DNA of 64,000 nucleotides from Strigamia acuminata (Eukaryota): NCBI GenBank assembly GCA_949358305.1, contig OX442314.1, positions 8,184,001 to 8,248,000 of the forward strand, read 5' to 3'. Shown piece by piece: positions 27,721 to 40,254 of this stretch (position 1 is its first letter; each line of letters starts with the position of its first letter). The notes under the pieces were generated by a model. It saw only the letters and a program-made list of their open reading frames with translations, ran no database searches and was not told where the DNA came from. The position numbers and the translations under genes were made by a program.

Positions 27721-28547
27721 AATCTAGTACAGATTATATCCGATGAAAATCTAACAAACCAATTAAACATCCAGCAAATACAGCGAATCAACTGCAATCT
27801 CTCTCTTGCAAACCCAGTACCGTACATCAACTGAAAATGTAGTGAATCAACTGCAAATCAGCTTCAAATCAACTACAAATCCAGCAAATCAGCAGAAAAT
27901 TCTACAACTCAACTGCAAATCAGAATTAAATTCTACAAATCTACTAGAAATCAACCAAATTTCCACAAAAAATCTCCCTACAAATCATTTACCAAACCCC
28001 GCTACTTGATTTCCTCAATGCAAATCCAGAATAACGACTTCACTTACCGTTCTGTTGTTCTTCTAACGAAATAACAGCGTCAAGCAGTCGCCTCACCATT
28101 TCACGACATCTTTTGGGTCCACTCACTATTCCAAACTAACCAATTCCATTTCTCTTTTCTTCATTTCTTCAATCGTTGCCTGCAAATTACAAACAAAACA
28201 TAATGCATTTTCAACTAGATCATTTCCCATTCACCATTCACGTTTCACTTTACCTACACACAGTGAAAGCCATCTTGGAATGAATTCAAAAAAAGTGACC
28301 CACATTGCCAAATTGAGCAGAACTTGAAATTTTTATCTTTTAAACACATTTACCCACCTCAACCCTCCATTTTGCTATTTCACTTTAAATGCTCTAAACA
28401 AATACATCATGCACCGCGCACAAACTAATTATTGCAAATCCTTGCAAACTTCATTCGGAATTGTCCAAACGTAGAGCGTATTCCACAAAATATTGCACAA
28501 AATGCATTCATACATGCAAAGCGCACTTTTCAAGCTCATTTACCGCA

Positions 28548-28850
28548 AAAAACAACATTTTTGTACGCAATAACACATTTTTGTACGCAAAAACAACATT
28601 TTTGTACGCAAAAACAACATTTTTGTACGCAATAACACATTTTCGTACGCAAAAACAACATTTTCGAACGCAAAAACTACATTTTTGTACGCAAAAACTA
28701 CATTTTTGTACGCAAAAACACATTTTTGTACTCAAAAACACATTTTTGTACGCAAAAACTACATTTTTGTACGCAAAAACACATTTTTGACCACAAAAAA
28801 CACATTTTTGTATACAAAAACACATTTTTATCAGCAAAAATTTACTTTTT
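28548..28850. repeat. Minisatellite, 20-21-bp unit (CATTTTTGTACGCAAAAACAA)
   Basis: Visible tandem array. Confidence 0.9.
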
Positions 28851-30049
28851 TCAGCCAAAAATTCACAAGTCATTCATTGTACATTTTCACCCAACCTGGA
28901 AGCCATCTTGAAATGTATCAAAAAATGACCCAAATTCCCAAACTACACCTCCCCACCCAATCTTGAATTTTTCTCTCCTAAACACACTTACCCCTACCAA
29001 CACCAATTAACCCTCCATTTTTCTACGCTTTTATTTCCTTTTCCAATTCTTTCTCACACTTAAAATTCTGCTTGTTTTTCATATTCCCTGAAAATAAGAA
29101 GCAAACCTTGTGATTATTTGTGAATCAAGTGCATTTTGGGATTAAAGGTTGAATCCTAGCTCAAACCAAACCCCCCAATTACACTCAGTGACCCACCCAG
29201 TAGCTGATGGAGAGGAGGATTCACTGCCCCTTCATTATATCCAACCCCTAAATGGAAAAAGGGAGGCCAAAGGAGGTTGTTATAATGAGGAAAACAACAA
29301 GGAAAGAAAAAAATTTCCCACATTTTCAATTCCTGCTTTTAATGACACGCAATTGGCCGCAATTAATTGCCAAAATTTCAAATTTAGAAATATATTTAAC
29401 ACAAAAAAATGTGACTGACAGACATTTCTTGTTATATATATATATATAATAAATTTAAAAAAAAAAAAAAAAAAAAAATTTAAAAAAATAGGCCTAACTA
29501 TTTTTTTTCGCCATTAATTTCAGGAAATTAATGGGTCAAGTTGTCAAATTTTTTTTTTTTTTTTTTATAATTTTTTTTTTTTTTAAATTTAGAAATAGAG
29601 AAAGGAATTTTCTAAGTTGGGATAATAAAATTTACAAGTCTTAATGATGTGAAGTGGTGTTTTTTTTTAAATATACAGTGACTACAGGTGGCGTGCATTT
29701 AAAATGAATGGCATGTTATCTAATAAAGCAATGCGACTACTGAATGAGGTTTTGAAAAGGGGAAAAGAAAAAAAAACTGGAAAAATAATCAACTTAAGGA
29801 GGTAGGTGGATACTCGGGTGGTCATAACTCAGTTGGGTTTCGAAAATGAAAGCTGTTAGACATGGCTAATGAATATCAGTGCCCGAACTACACTCCATTT
29901 TCAAATTAAATCGACAAAAATGAGACTTTTTAATGCAAAAAATTTAAAATCACGCTAAAATAACGTTGTTTTAAGTAATTTGCTAAATTGTACGTTGTTT
30001 TGACATTATTTTGACGTAATTTCGGTTTTTTTACGCTGATTTAACGTTA

Positions 30050-30430
30050 TTTTGACGTAATTTAGATTATTTAACGTTGTTTTAACGACAATTCAACGTA
30101 ATTTCGGTTATTTAACGTTATTTTAACGACAATTCAACGTAATTTCGGTTATTTAACGTTGTTTTAACGATAATTCAACATAATTTCGGTTATTTAACGT
30201 TGTTTTAACGACAATTCAACGTAATTTCGGTTATTTAACGTTATTTTAACTATAATTCAACGTAATTTCGGTTATTTAACGTTATTTTAACGATAATTCA
30301 ACGTAATTTCGGTTAGTTAACGTTATTTAACGATAATTCAACGTAATTTCGGTTATTTAACGTTGTTTTATCGATAATTCGATGTAATTTAGGTTATTTA
30401 ACGTTATTTTAACGTAGTTTAGGTTGTTTT
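30050..30430. repeat. Minisatellite, 41-bp unit (TTCAACGTAATTTCGGTTATTTAACGTTGTTTTAACGACAA)
   Basis: Visible tandem array. Confidence 0.9.
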
Positions 30431-32865
30431 ACGTCCATTTAATATTATTTTGATGTAACTTGTTGTTCGGCATGATTTAAACCACTTTATGATCCCTTTT
30501 TAAGGTCATTGTGGTCGTAAATGATAATTTTCTCACGTTTTATATTCGAATTTGTTATCATATTTTGAATTTATGCGTTTTTAAGTGCTGTTTTGTTCGC
30601 AATTCAGGTCTGGTTTTGATCGAACAATTCAAAATTAATTATATCACGTGATTTCAGTCGTGAGATAATGTAATGTAATTAAAATTTAAAAGGAAATTTG
30701 TAATTTTTTTCAATTTTTAATTCAAAAATTCGGTGAAAATGCAATTTCAACGGTCAAATCACCCGAAATTTGTTCGTTTAATGTCGATAAATTTCCTTTG
30801 AAATCAAATTATTATGCTAAATTGTGTGTAACCTTCAAGATAATGGTTTTTGTCTGTAAAATTTGTGCCTACGATTACTTTTATTTCACGTTCAGTTGTT
30901 CGTGGAAATTAGAAACGGTCGCCATCTTGACGTTGCGATACCTCATTTAACCATCGTTTAGCGGTCGCGCAGTCTTGGATCATTTCATATGCCGTCTGGA
31001 AAGATTTGTTTTATTAGACCAGAAACATAATAAACTAATTTTGTACTTACGGTCGAATTTATCTTACGAATTACACCGAATTATACACAAATAAATGGAG
31101 TTGGAAAACCAAAAATGGCTGCCGACGGGGCATGCGCTTTAGCTGCGACTGCGATAAGTCGAAGTTGATTAAATTTTGATTTATTTTTTGACAATATAAT
31201 TTTTTTTTTTCTAAAAAAATTACATAAATGTTTACTTTGTCATTTTTGTGAGTTTGAAAATTCAAAAATTAAATTTAACGTTTTAAAAAAATTACGTCAT
31301 TTATTTAGTTTGTTTAGCATTGGCGGATTCGTTCAGGGTCTAACGTAATGCAACAAGAATTCCCCAACGTCTAAAAACAAAAAAATGGAGGGGGGAAATG
31401 TTTCTCAAATTTGTTTTAATCTCATTAAATGCAACCTTCGACTTTCGTGTTGTCACCCACATCATAATTTCCGCATCACGGCTCACTAATCATTCATTCT
31501 CAGCACTTTTTATAATTAAACTGATTAATTACTGCTACTGAAAAATCTGTCATCTTCAAACCACCCCAAAAAAAGATATGACGCTCCAAAAGTGAATAAT
31601 TTAAAATCACAAAACAAAAAACAAATTTTATAATTTTATAATTATTCAAATTATAAAATCATCTCATTCATCTATTTTCAATGCAAAAACCTTGAAATAT
31701 TTTAAAATAATTCGAAATACTGAAATATAGTGCTGCCAACTGGTGTCACTTATCACTACAAAATATAAAAATATAAAAAATGTCGAATAAATCGATCTCT
31801 TTTATAAATTTCAACTAAAAATGTGATAAAAACAAATAAATTCTATAAATTTTTTAATTTTTAATTACATTTCTACTGTGAAAATATGTATGGGAGTGGC
31901 TGTCAAAGGGGCCACAAAAATTGGGATGTCATCAGCATTGCACAAGAGAAATAAGATTGAATCAGTTAAAGAAGTTCATGTTTGTTGCCTTCCCCTTGAT
32001 GGATGGTGTTTAGAAGCTGAGCACGCAATTACAAGAAGCGAAACCAAGAGAGAGAGAGAGAATAAAAAAAGAAGACCAGCTCTACTGAACTGGCTCTTCA
32101 TTACCCACAAGGCCTCGCCTTAAAATGCCATTCATTGTTCACACTAAATTATATCCAACTATATCCTGCTACTTACTCATCGCGAAGAAAAATTTAAATT
32201 AAAAAAAAATGTTTGGAATTGTATTATTTTTTTTATGTATTATAATTTATTAATTTAATTTTTATTTTTATTTAAAAAAATTAAAAATTAATATTTCGTG
32301 TTTAGTTTTTTTATTTTTGGCGAATGAGATGTCAAATGTATCGTTAATTCCGCCAATTAATTCGTGTCTGGTGTGTGTCAGTCAAGTTGGAGATATTTAT
32401 TAATGAGGATTTGATTTTTTTGGTTTGGTTACACGTGATCGTTATCGGTTTATCAATGCGCGAGGAAATGCAACAAATTTGACATTTTTTAGACGGGAAA
32501 AACGAGAAGAAGAAAAAATCAATTTTTATTTTGTATTTATTTCTCGTTTATTTATTAATTTTTTAAAATTTACTGTGAATTTATTTGTGAATTTTTATTT
32601 TGTATCGGTGCGGGAATTGTGGCGTTATCTGTTGGCAGAAATTGGTACACCATTTTGATACTCAACGTTTACATTGAATTAAAACCATCGCGCCATCTAT
32701 TAATGAAGCATGGTAATAAAAGAAAGTGAATACAGTATCATTTTTAGCTTTTTTTTAAATATAAAATCAAACCAAATGTGAAAACAACATCGAGAAGGAA
32801 TTGGTGGTGTAAAAAATTGCTAGAAATATTCATTTCACATTAAAACTAAAAAATAAAATTGAAAT

Positions 32866-32937
32866 TAGCAGAGGATGGTTTCGATCCATCGGCCTCTGGG
32901 TTATGGGCCCAGCACGCTTCCACTGCGCCACTCTGCT
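32866..32937 (-). tRNA. tRNA-iMet-CAT: Initiator tRNA-Met (CAT)
   Basis: Minus strand AGCAGAGTGGCGCAGTGGAAGCGTGCTGGGCCCATAACCCAGAGGCCGATGGATCGAAACCATCCTCTGCTA: A1:U72 pair, CAT anticodon, GATCGAAAC T-loop typical of eukaryotic initiator tRNA; T-run terminator downstream. Confidence 0.97.
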
Positions 32938-33019
32938 TCGTACTTTTCTCGTATTGTTTTCCTCAAATGTCAATACGCACGCCGTCATTTTAATTTGCAT
33001 ATTTTCAGCTATGTACATG

Positions 33020-33380
33020 GAGGATGGAAGAGATTTTATTCTACTTTTAGTTTGTTTATCGTCCTATCCGAAGATGGGACTGCAAAAATTAGTCTACAGA
33101 CTCATTGAATGCTCCTCGCCACGGAAATCTTTAGTAAAAGGCGAAAGATTTGCTCCTAAATTGACGAGAAGCCAGAGATTGACAAGACAACAAGAATTTT
33201 AAAAAACGAGCCGTTTCAGAAACTGCGTACAATTATGCTGGTCTTTCGACTTATCCGCTCGACATTAAATTCAATTTATGAAGCTATGGTTTATTTAATT
33301 AAATATTTCAGGTTAAAATGGGTAAATAGATTTATTTATTTATTTGAATAAAAATGAAACCAACCCATTTTAAGACTAAA
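33020..33380. repeat. ~350-bp local duplication; second copy at ~36525-36870
   Basis: Shared GACTCATTGAATGCTCCTCGCCACGGAAATCTTTAGTAAAAGGCGAAAGATTTGCTCC...; in both cases it is the 3' flank of a peptide gene copy. Confidence 0.9.
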
Positions 33381-33411
33381 ATATCCGAGGTTTGGACACT
33401 AGGCTCTTTCC

Positions 33412-33642
33412 TCATCTGCGGCCAGTCCTGCATTCGCAATTATTGTTGGCACAAGCGCCGTAATAATTGCTCCCACGACTCAACCTACAACTTGTACCAC
33501 GGTCGCAGGCCGCATTAGCCGCCATTGCTAATCAAAATAAAATGTGTCAATACACGTACTAATGAATTAATTAATTTTGTGCGAGATATAACTCACCCAT
33601 GCAGGACAGAATAACAAGGAACACGATAATGAGATATTTCAT
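33412..33642 (-). CDS. Secreted CSalpha-beta defensin-like peptide A, 5 Cys (exons 33642-33597, 33527-33412): MKYLIIVFLVILSCMAMAANAACDRGTSCRLSRGSNYYGACANNNCECRTGRR
   Basis: Hand-spliced: G|GTGAG donor, TTAG| acceptor, phase-1 intron in the signal peptide; GxC and CxC motifs; TATA-like element upstream; paralogous to B. Confidence 0.75.
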
Positions 33643-33882
33643 TTTCGACGGGCGGATTGTAAAAAAAAATTGTTTTCCGGATGTCACTGACGTAATTGCA
33701 ATGCGATATATATTTTGAGACAGAGAGAGAGGTAATTAATATTTAACGGCCATTTATGGATGGTGTTGAATAATTCTGGACAATTGATTTCATGCCACAC
33801 TGTAATTAATCCCTTTATTGAAATAAAATCACTTTGTTAATCACAATTCAACACAATTGTTTCGGCAGTTATTTATTTAGCA

Positions 33883-33995
33883 AATTGATTTTTGAGTCAA
33901 AAAAATTGATTTTTGAGTCAAAAAATTGATTTTTGAGTCAAAAAATTGATTTTTGAGTCGAAAAATTGATTTTTGAGTCAAAAAATTGATTTTTA
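33883..33995. repeat. 20-bp tandem repeat (AAATTGATTTTTGAGTCAAA)
   Basis: About five near-perfect copies. Confidence 0.9.
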
Positions 33996-34167
33996 ATGCA
34001 GAACTAGGCGATACACTAGGTGTTGTTACACAAAGTAAATGAAATTTTTGTATTTTTATTAATTTTTATTGATTTATAAATTTTTATTTTTACGGTATTA
34101 TCCGGTTCGTTTCTGGTCGTCTCCACACGAGCCAGACTACGATGTTTGGACCCTTTTGGCCTCTTTT

Positions 34168-34411
34168 TCATCTGTTATCGATCTCGCATTTGCATTTATC
34201 TTCGGAACAAAAACCGTAAAACCTCCTCCCACGATCCGACTTACAACCTCTATTGCACGTATTTCGTTCACAGGCCGCATTAACCGCCATTGCTAATCCA
34301 AATAGAACATGTCAAAACCAATATTCACTAATGATTGAATTATTTTTGTGAAAAATTTAACTTACCCATGCACGACAGAATAACAAGAAGCAAGATGACG
34401 AGATATTTCAT
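34168..34411 (-). CDS. Secreted CSalpha-beta defensin-like peptide B (exons 34411-34366, 34292-34168): MKYLVILLLVILSCMAMAVNAACERNTCNRGCKSDRGRRFYGFCSEDKCKCEIDNR
   Basis: Canonical G|GTAAG and TTAG| splice sites, hydrophobic signal peptide, six Cys as C-x4-C-x3-C-x9-GFC-x4-C-x-C; TATA-like element ~34494-34500; AATAAA downstream. Confidence 0.85.
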
Positions 34412-34867
34412 TTTGGAGAAACAAGCTGACTGGCGGATTGTGGAAAATCTTGTTTGTCGGATGTCACTGCCGGAGCTGCAATACAGTACACATATATAGA
34501 TAGAGGTAATTAATTACTCCGTAATACTTAACGGCCACGTGTGGATGGTGTTGAATTAATTCCGAACAATAGATTTTATGGAATTTTCCTTAATCCGTTC
34601 ATTAAAAATAAATAAAATAATTTGCACTCAAAACAATCGTTTCTCCGGTTACTTGTCATCAGTTGCTTTGCGCATCCGTATCCACAGCTTTGAAGCAACA
34701 ACGTAATAAATACTTAATGGTTATTTATTGTGGTTATCAGTTAATTTTAATTACTTATTCAAATATTGGAATTTGTGTTTCATGAAATTAATGAGGTCAT
34801 TAAATATAATTATTTACTATACAGCTTATATCGCAACAACTGAAGATCGTCCACAAATCCGTTGAAG

Positions 34868-35352
34868 ATGAAGTACTTCCCAGGTAAAAAAAATCTGCAG
34901 AAATCTGCAGAAAATTTGTCAGCAGAAAAAATTCTGCAGAAATCTGCAGAAAATTTGTCAGCAGAAAAAATTCTGCAGAAAATCTTTTTTCTCTGCAGAA
35001 TTCTGCAGAAAAATTGCCAGCCGAAATTATTCTGCAGAAAAGGTTAACATTTTTCTGCAGAATTCTGCAGAATTTGGTAATTTTTTCTGCAGAATAATTT
35101 TCTGCAGAATTCTGCAGAATTTGGTAATTTTTTCTGCAGAATAATTTTCTGCAGAGCATGCAGAATTCTGCAGAACGTTTTTCTCCTGGGTTAATCGTTT
35201 TGTTCCTCGTTGTTTCGTCGAGTCTGGGTGAATTATATGTTGAACAAAAATTAATCGTTCATTTATTGAACATTGACATGTTTTATTCTGATTGGCAATA
35301 ACGGCTAATGCGGCCTGTATTCCTGCTGACTGCGAGAAACTTTGCCAGAAGA
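34868..35352 (+). pseudogene. Disrupted defensin-like paralogue C: MKY[MITE]LIVLFLVVSSSL / AITANAACIPADCEKLCQK...
   Basis: Exon 1 split by the 34879-35190 insertion; acceptor reads TTGG rather than TTAG; exon 2 (C-x4-C-x3-C) is cut by a second repeat at ~35353. Confidence 0.75.
34879..35190. mobile_element. MITE with CCCAGG termini, 2-bp TSD (TT) and internal CTGCAG-rich palindromic repeats (EnSpm/CMC-like)
   Basis: tt|CCCAGGTAAAAA ... TTTTTCTCCTGGG|tt; removing it restores TAC TTA ATC in the peptide reading frame. Confidence 0.75.
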
Positions 35353-35645
35353 TACCGTATTACCCCGCTTATTGCTGCATGTCGGTATAGTGCGAGTATT
35401 ACCGGCATGCCGATAAACCCCGTTTTTAACGGCATGCCTATAAGACCCGTTTTTAACGGCATGCCGGTGTGAGTACAATTTTTTTTTATTTAATTTTGAG
35501 TCCAAAACATGCTTAAAACGCATATTTAGATGTCCAAGATGTTGGAAATTGGCCCAAATTTCTATAAATTTTCCCAAAAATTTAGTAGTAATCTTCAGAA
35601 TATCAAGAAAACTTAAATTTCAGGCCCAAATTTTAACTCAATTAT
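35353..35645 (+). mobile_element. DNA-transposon-derived repeat starting TA-CCGTATTACCCC; inverted homologue at ~45165-45402
   Basis: Shared terminus, GGCATGCC repeats and AAATTTCAGGCCCAAATT in opposite orientation in a TDP1 intron. Confidence 0.6.
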
Positions 35646-36149
35646 TCATCTGGGCTCTTTTAAACAAAAAAAAAAACAAAAAGCCAGTTTTTCACTTATT
35701 CTGGCAAGTTTCGCTCTATTTTGTGTTTTGACAAAAAAGTAAAGCCTGCAGCATCTTTCTGTAACAAAATATGAATTTAGCATTAAAAGTGGTGGTAAAA
35801 TCAGTTAATACGGAATCCTTTTTTTAGTGGAAAACCAAATTTAATTTTAGTGGCAAAACTAATAGTGGGAGAAAATTCAGTAATTGGAAAATTTAATACG
35901 GAGTATTTATTTATTTGGAATTTCTTGTAAATTAGAGGGGTAATAAATGGAACCCATTAAATTCTGCCTTAGAAAATGTTAAAACACATTTAAACAAATC
36001 ATACATTGTAATTAATACCGTATTTTACCGAATAAGAGTCGCTCTCGAATTGTAGCTGCCCTCGAATAGTAGCCGCGGCTGAGACACCAAGAATACCGTA
36101 TTTTTGCAAAAGTACGGTATTGTGTCCGTATTTAACCTCACGAACGAGA

Positions 36150-36500
36150 TGCACACGGAGTACTTGAATTGATCAAGACCAAATTTGATATAGTCATCGT
36201 GGGGCCTACTAAGAAGTTGTTCGGAGTATAGAATTTCTCTGTGATAAGGATAAGTTATACATTCATCCACAATCTTACATCTCATATTTGAAGAGTATGA
36301 CTATAGACTGAGGACTCTTCCCATAAGTACGGATGTGGAATTATCAAAGGACTTACCTCAAGATTTTGATGATATGATGAATGCAATTGAAGCCATACCG
36401 AAGTTTATTACAATCTCTAGCTTTCTTTGCATCAATAATATCTTAAACTAATTTCAAGCAAACCCAGGCGAAGAACATAGGAAGGTTATTTGAAGTACAC
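36150..36500 (+). mobile_element. Decayed Ty1/Copia reverse transcriptase fragment
   Basis: Interrupted translation IKTKFDIVIVGPTKKLFG..EFLCDKDKLYIHPQSYI ... PYRSLLQSLAFFA ... QANPGEEHRK follows the Copia RT C-terminal pattern (KF.MKDLG...FLG.E....LSQ..YI; PYRSLIGSL.YLA; NPG.EHW). Confidence 0.7.
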
Positions 36501-36889
36501 CGCCATCTTGTACATATTGATCCAGAAAAGTTTTATTCTATTTTTAGTTTGTTTATTATCCCGCCCGAAGACAGGATTTCAAAAATTAGTCTATAGACTC
36601 ATTGAATGCTCCTCGCCACGGAAATCTTTAGTAAAAGGCGAAAGATTTGCTCCTAAATTGACGAGAAGCCAGAGATTGACGAAACAACAAAACTTTTAGA
36701 AAACGAGCCGTTTCAGAAACTGCGTACAATTGGGCTGGTCTTTCAACTTATCCGTCCAATATTAAATTCAATTTATGAAGCTATACTTGATTTAATCAAA
36801 TATGTCAGGTTAAAATGTGTAAATAGATTTATTTATTTAGATTAACAATAAAACTATCCATTTTTAAACAATAAAATCAATGTTCTACT

Positions 36890-37140
36890 TATTTTTCCAG
36901 GCGAACGTAACCGATAAACAAATACCGAAATCATATCTAGCCCCTTGACCTAGCCGCAGTATTGGTAATAGTTGTGCAAAACAAGTATTCTATTTGAATT
37001 AATTAATTAATTAATTTCCTGTTCTTGTGGCCCTTTATTTCACCCAATAAAAACAAAAAAATCGTTTCCACTCCTCAGCTTTATCACCAACACTTCTGAT
37101 GGCTTACTCAGGTCTGGATTGTAAGTGATTTCCGGCGCTA
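36890..37140 (-). pseudogene. Highly degenerate fifth defensin-like relic
   Basis: Same position relative to the duplicated 3' flank as gene A; intron-like ATTGGTAAT..TGTGCAAAACAAGTA..GAATTAATTAATT and 5'UTR-like GGATTGTAA..TTTCCGG resemble gene A; residual FGIC. Confidence 0.45.
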
Positions 37141-37292
37141 TGGTTCCAGAGTTTAAAAAATTGAACTCAAATTAAAATTATTAAATATGTTTTATTTAAC
37201 ACGATAATAAATATTACACAGGCAATTAAAACACTAAAAACACTTTTTAAGTAGATTTTTCAAACAATTATCGACTTAATAATATAAATATT

Positions 37293-40254
37293 CTACAAAA
37301 TTCCGTGAATCGGCGGATGAATGCAAATGGCCTCCATTGCTTCGATCTGTTTGCTGGCGCGGATTCCGGTCTCGCACATGTTGACGAAAGCGTACAAATG
37401 GCGCATCGAATACGTGTTCTACAAAAAAAAATTAAAATAAATTAAAACATCGATGAATTCTTAATAAAAATTAATTCCAGCGTCACTTACGGCGCTTATG
37501 GAAAAGCAATTGGCCGAGAAAAATTTGGCGACTTCGTCGTAACATTCGAAGTCGTTGAGTTCGAATCGTTCGGTTAAAATCGTGTCCACTTGTTGTGGCG
37601 TGAAAGTCGATTTAGTCACGATGGATTTGACTTTATCTTCCAGATAGTCGCGATTCTGCGTGGATTAGATTTGGTATTTATCAGTAAATTTCGTTTTTGG
37701 GAAGAATTTTTATATTTGTTGGTGAATACCCGGAGCAGTTTGGTGAGTTCGCGCCTCAGTTGTCGCTGATCTTCGAAGGAATTAGTGTTTTGGATTTTTC
37801 GCTTTAGGATGGCGAGTGGGACTTCATGGGAAGGGACTGCGTCCAAAGGGACTTTGGGGAGGATGTAGGAGTTCCACGAACTGACTTTTGCGCCTTGGAA
37901 TTCGCTTACTTTCATGTTTCCAATTGTCTGTGGAAAATATAATATAAAATCGTTAAAAAAAAACCAAATTTTCAAATTTTTAAGGGAATCATCGATTTTT
38001 CTCATACAAAAATCGAATAAATCAATCAAATCGTAAAAGAAAAATCGATTTTTCGAATTATTTTGTACAAAAATCGATAAAGAAATTACCAAATCGCCAT
38101 ATTCCATTACATGACTCGTGTTAGTTTCTTTTTTGACGATGCTAAACTGTTTAGTCAATGTTTCTTTGGTCAGTGTTTCTTGATCAGAATCCTCCATCCA
38201 GTTAACACTGTAAACATCGCCCAAATAAGTTTCTCTCAGCTGATCAAAATAACACGCGTATGACGATTCGCTCGGGTTAGCAGCCGTAGTGGCAAAAACT
38301 AAAACAAAATTAAATAAAACAAAATTAAATAAACTTGTAATATATAAAATAAAACGTTAATTTACCATTTATATTAGCCGGCAATAGATTTTCAAACATT
38401 GAGCCGGATTCACAAGCTTCAATATAGAAAACCATCTGAAAAAATCAATAAAATCGTCAAAAATCATTCAAAAATCAATAAAATCGTCAAAAATAATTCA
38501 AAAATGAATAAAATCGTCAAAAATCATTCAAAAATCAATAAAATAAGTCAGAATTCGCTCAAAAAAATGGATAAATCATTAAACATCATTTGAAAAATTC
38601 GATAAATCATTCAAAATCATTTGAAAAATTCGATAAATCATTCAAAATCATTTGAAAAATTCGATAAATCATTCAAAATCATTTGAAAAATTCGAGAAAC
38701 CATTCAAAATCATTTGAAAAATCGAAAAATCGTTCAAAATCATTTGAAAAATCGATAAATCATTCAAAATCATTTGCAAAATTCGATAAATCATTCAAAA
38801 TCATTCGAAAAATCGCTAAAATCATTTTTTGTACCTTGCCATATTTCTTGCCATCAGACATCGCTTGAATAGCTTTGTTTAAATCAGTAGCGTACAACTA
38901 AAACAATAAAAAACAATTAATTTTTAAATTTTAATTCAAATACAAAAGTTTACCTCGCCCCTTGGAAAAGCGACCAATCCCGGTGCTCCGTGATCGGCGA
39001 AATACACAAACACGTGATCATTTGGTCCGCTGAATGATAAAAATTAAAAAAAAATAAGAAAATGAGTGTAAATAAAAGTGAATTTGTAAAGCACGTGGTA
39101 ATGAATCATAATCTCTGCACTTTGTACCTCTTGATAACTTTGCCGCTGCCAATACTTTTCATTTCGGCCGAGTTGCCTTGCAGAATGTTGAGAAAGTTTT
39201 CCGGCGTAACGTCCTAATTGTCGAAAAGAAATAAAATTATTTTTTACAATAAATAGTGAAAAAAAAACAATAATAACATTTTTTCATTGCTTTTCTTGAA
39301 AACAGACTTTTTGCATCTAAAAATGCTAATTTTTAAATTTTAAATGCATTTTCGCATCTAAAAGTGCTAATTTATCCATTTAAAATTCATTTTTGCAACT
39401 AAAATTGCTAATTTTGCATCTAAAAATTCATTTTTGTCGCTAAAAATACATTTTTCCATCTAAAAATACATTTTTGCGTCTAAAAATATATTTTTGCGTC
39501 TAAAAATATATTTTTGCGTCTAAAAATATATTTTTGCGTCTAAACAGACTAATTATTCCTGTAAAAATGCATATTTGCACGTAAAAACACAAATTTCTCA
39601 AGTGAAATAACGTTTTCCCATCTAAAAATAAATTTTGCAATAAAATAAAACATCTTTTGTCCAAAAATGCATTAATTTTAGTAAAAAAATTCATTTTTTG
39701 TCTAAAAATGCATTAATTTTAGTAAGAAAATTCATTTTTTGTCACTTAGGGCTTCAAAACAACATAATATACGTACTGCGCCTATGTAATCTTTCAAAAC
39801 CCCTTTGTACACATCTTGTCCGTTTGGATGATTAATCACGATACCTTTTGTCGGATTTCTAGAAGAAAAAATAAATCATTAGTTTATAAAAAAAAAAAAT
39901 ATTTATATATACTTACTCTTTACTCTGCGCAATGTCGTCATACATCATCACAATGATCTGATCGTCGGGAATGCCATGGGAACTCAAAATGTGATACGAG
40001 TGGCAAATGTCAGCCTAAAACAAAAACCAACAAACGGAAAATAATTTTTTTTTTAAATTAATAAAATTTAAATTTTTCACGATTAATCAACTCCAACGTA
40101 CCTGATGCCTGTAATTCGAATAGGTATTCGACCCAGCGACCAAAAGAGCCCATATTTTCCCTTCCTTGGGCAAATTTAACCGATTTAGATCAAAAGCAAT
40201 CAGCAATTGCGCGAGTGCTAAAACTAGGACTAAACTCAGCAGATTTCGAGCCAT
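37293..40254 (-). CDS. LGMN: Legumain / asparaginyl endopeptidase (peptidase C13), multi-exon
   Basis: Spliced translation: signal peptide [51 protein letters not shown], catalytic FADHGAPG and [27 protein letters not shown]-terminal prodomain ending [12 protein letters not shown] introns. Confidence 0.96.
38440..38825. repeat. Intronic minisatellite, 30-31-bp units (in legumain)
   Basis: AAATCATTCAAAATCATTTGAAAAATTCGAT tandem copies. Confidence 0.85.

Noticed and set aside
32866..32937. tRNA-iMet as primer for the neighbouring Gypsy element
   Set aside because: The element's PBS matches tRNA-Phe, not tRNA-iMet.
32903..33202. Duplicated ORF (KLVYRLIECSSPRKSLVKGERF) also at 36490-36699
   Set aside because: Explained by the local duplication of the peptide-gene 3' flank; non-ATG or tRNA-overlapping starts and no known motif.
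37616..38224. 202-aa ORF as a standalone gene
   Set aside because: It is two legumain exons read through an intron that happens to lack stops.
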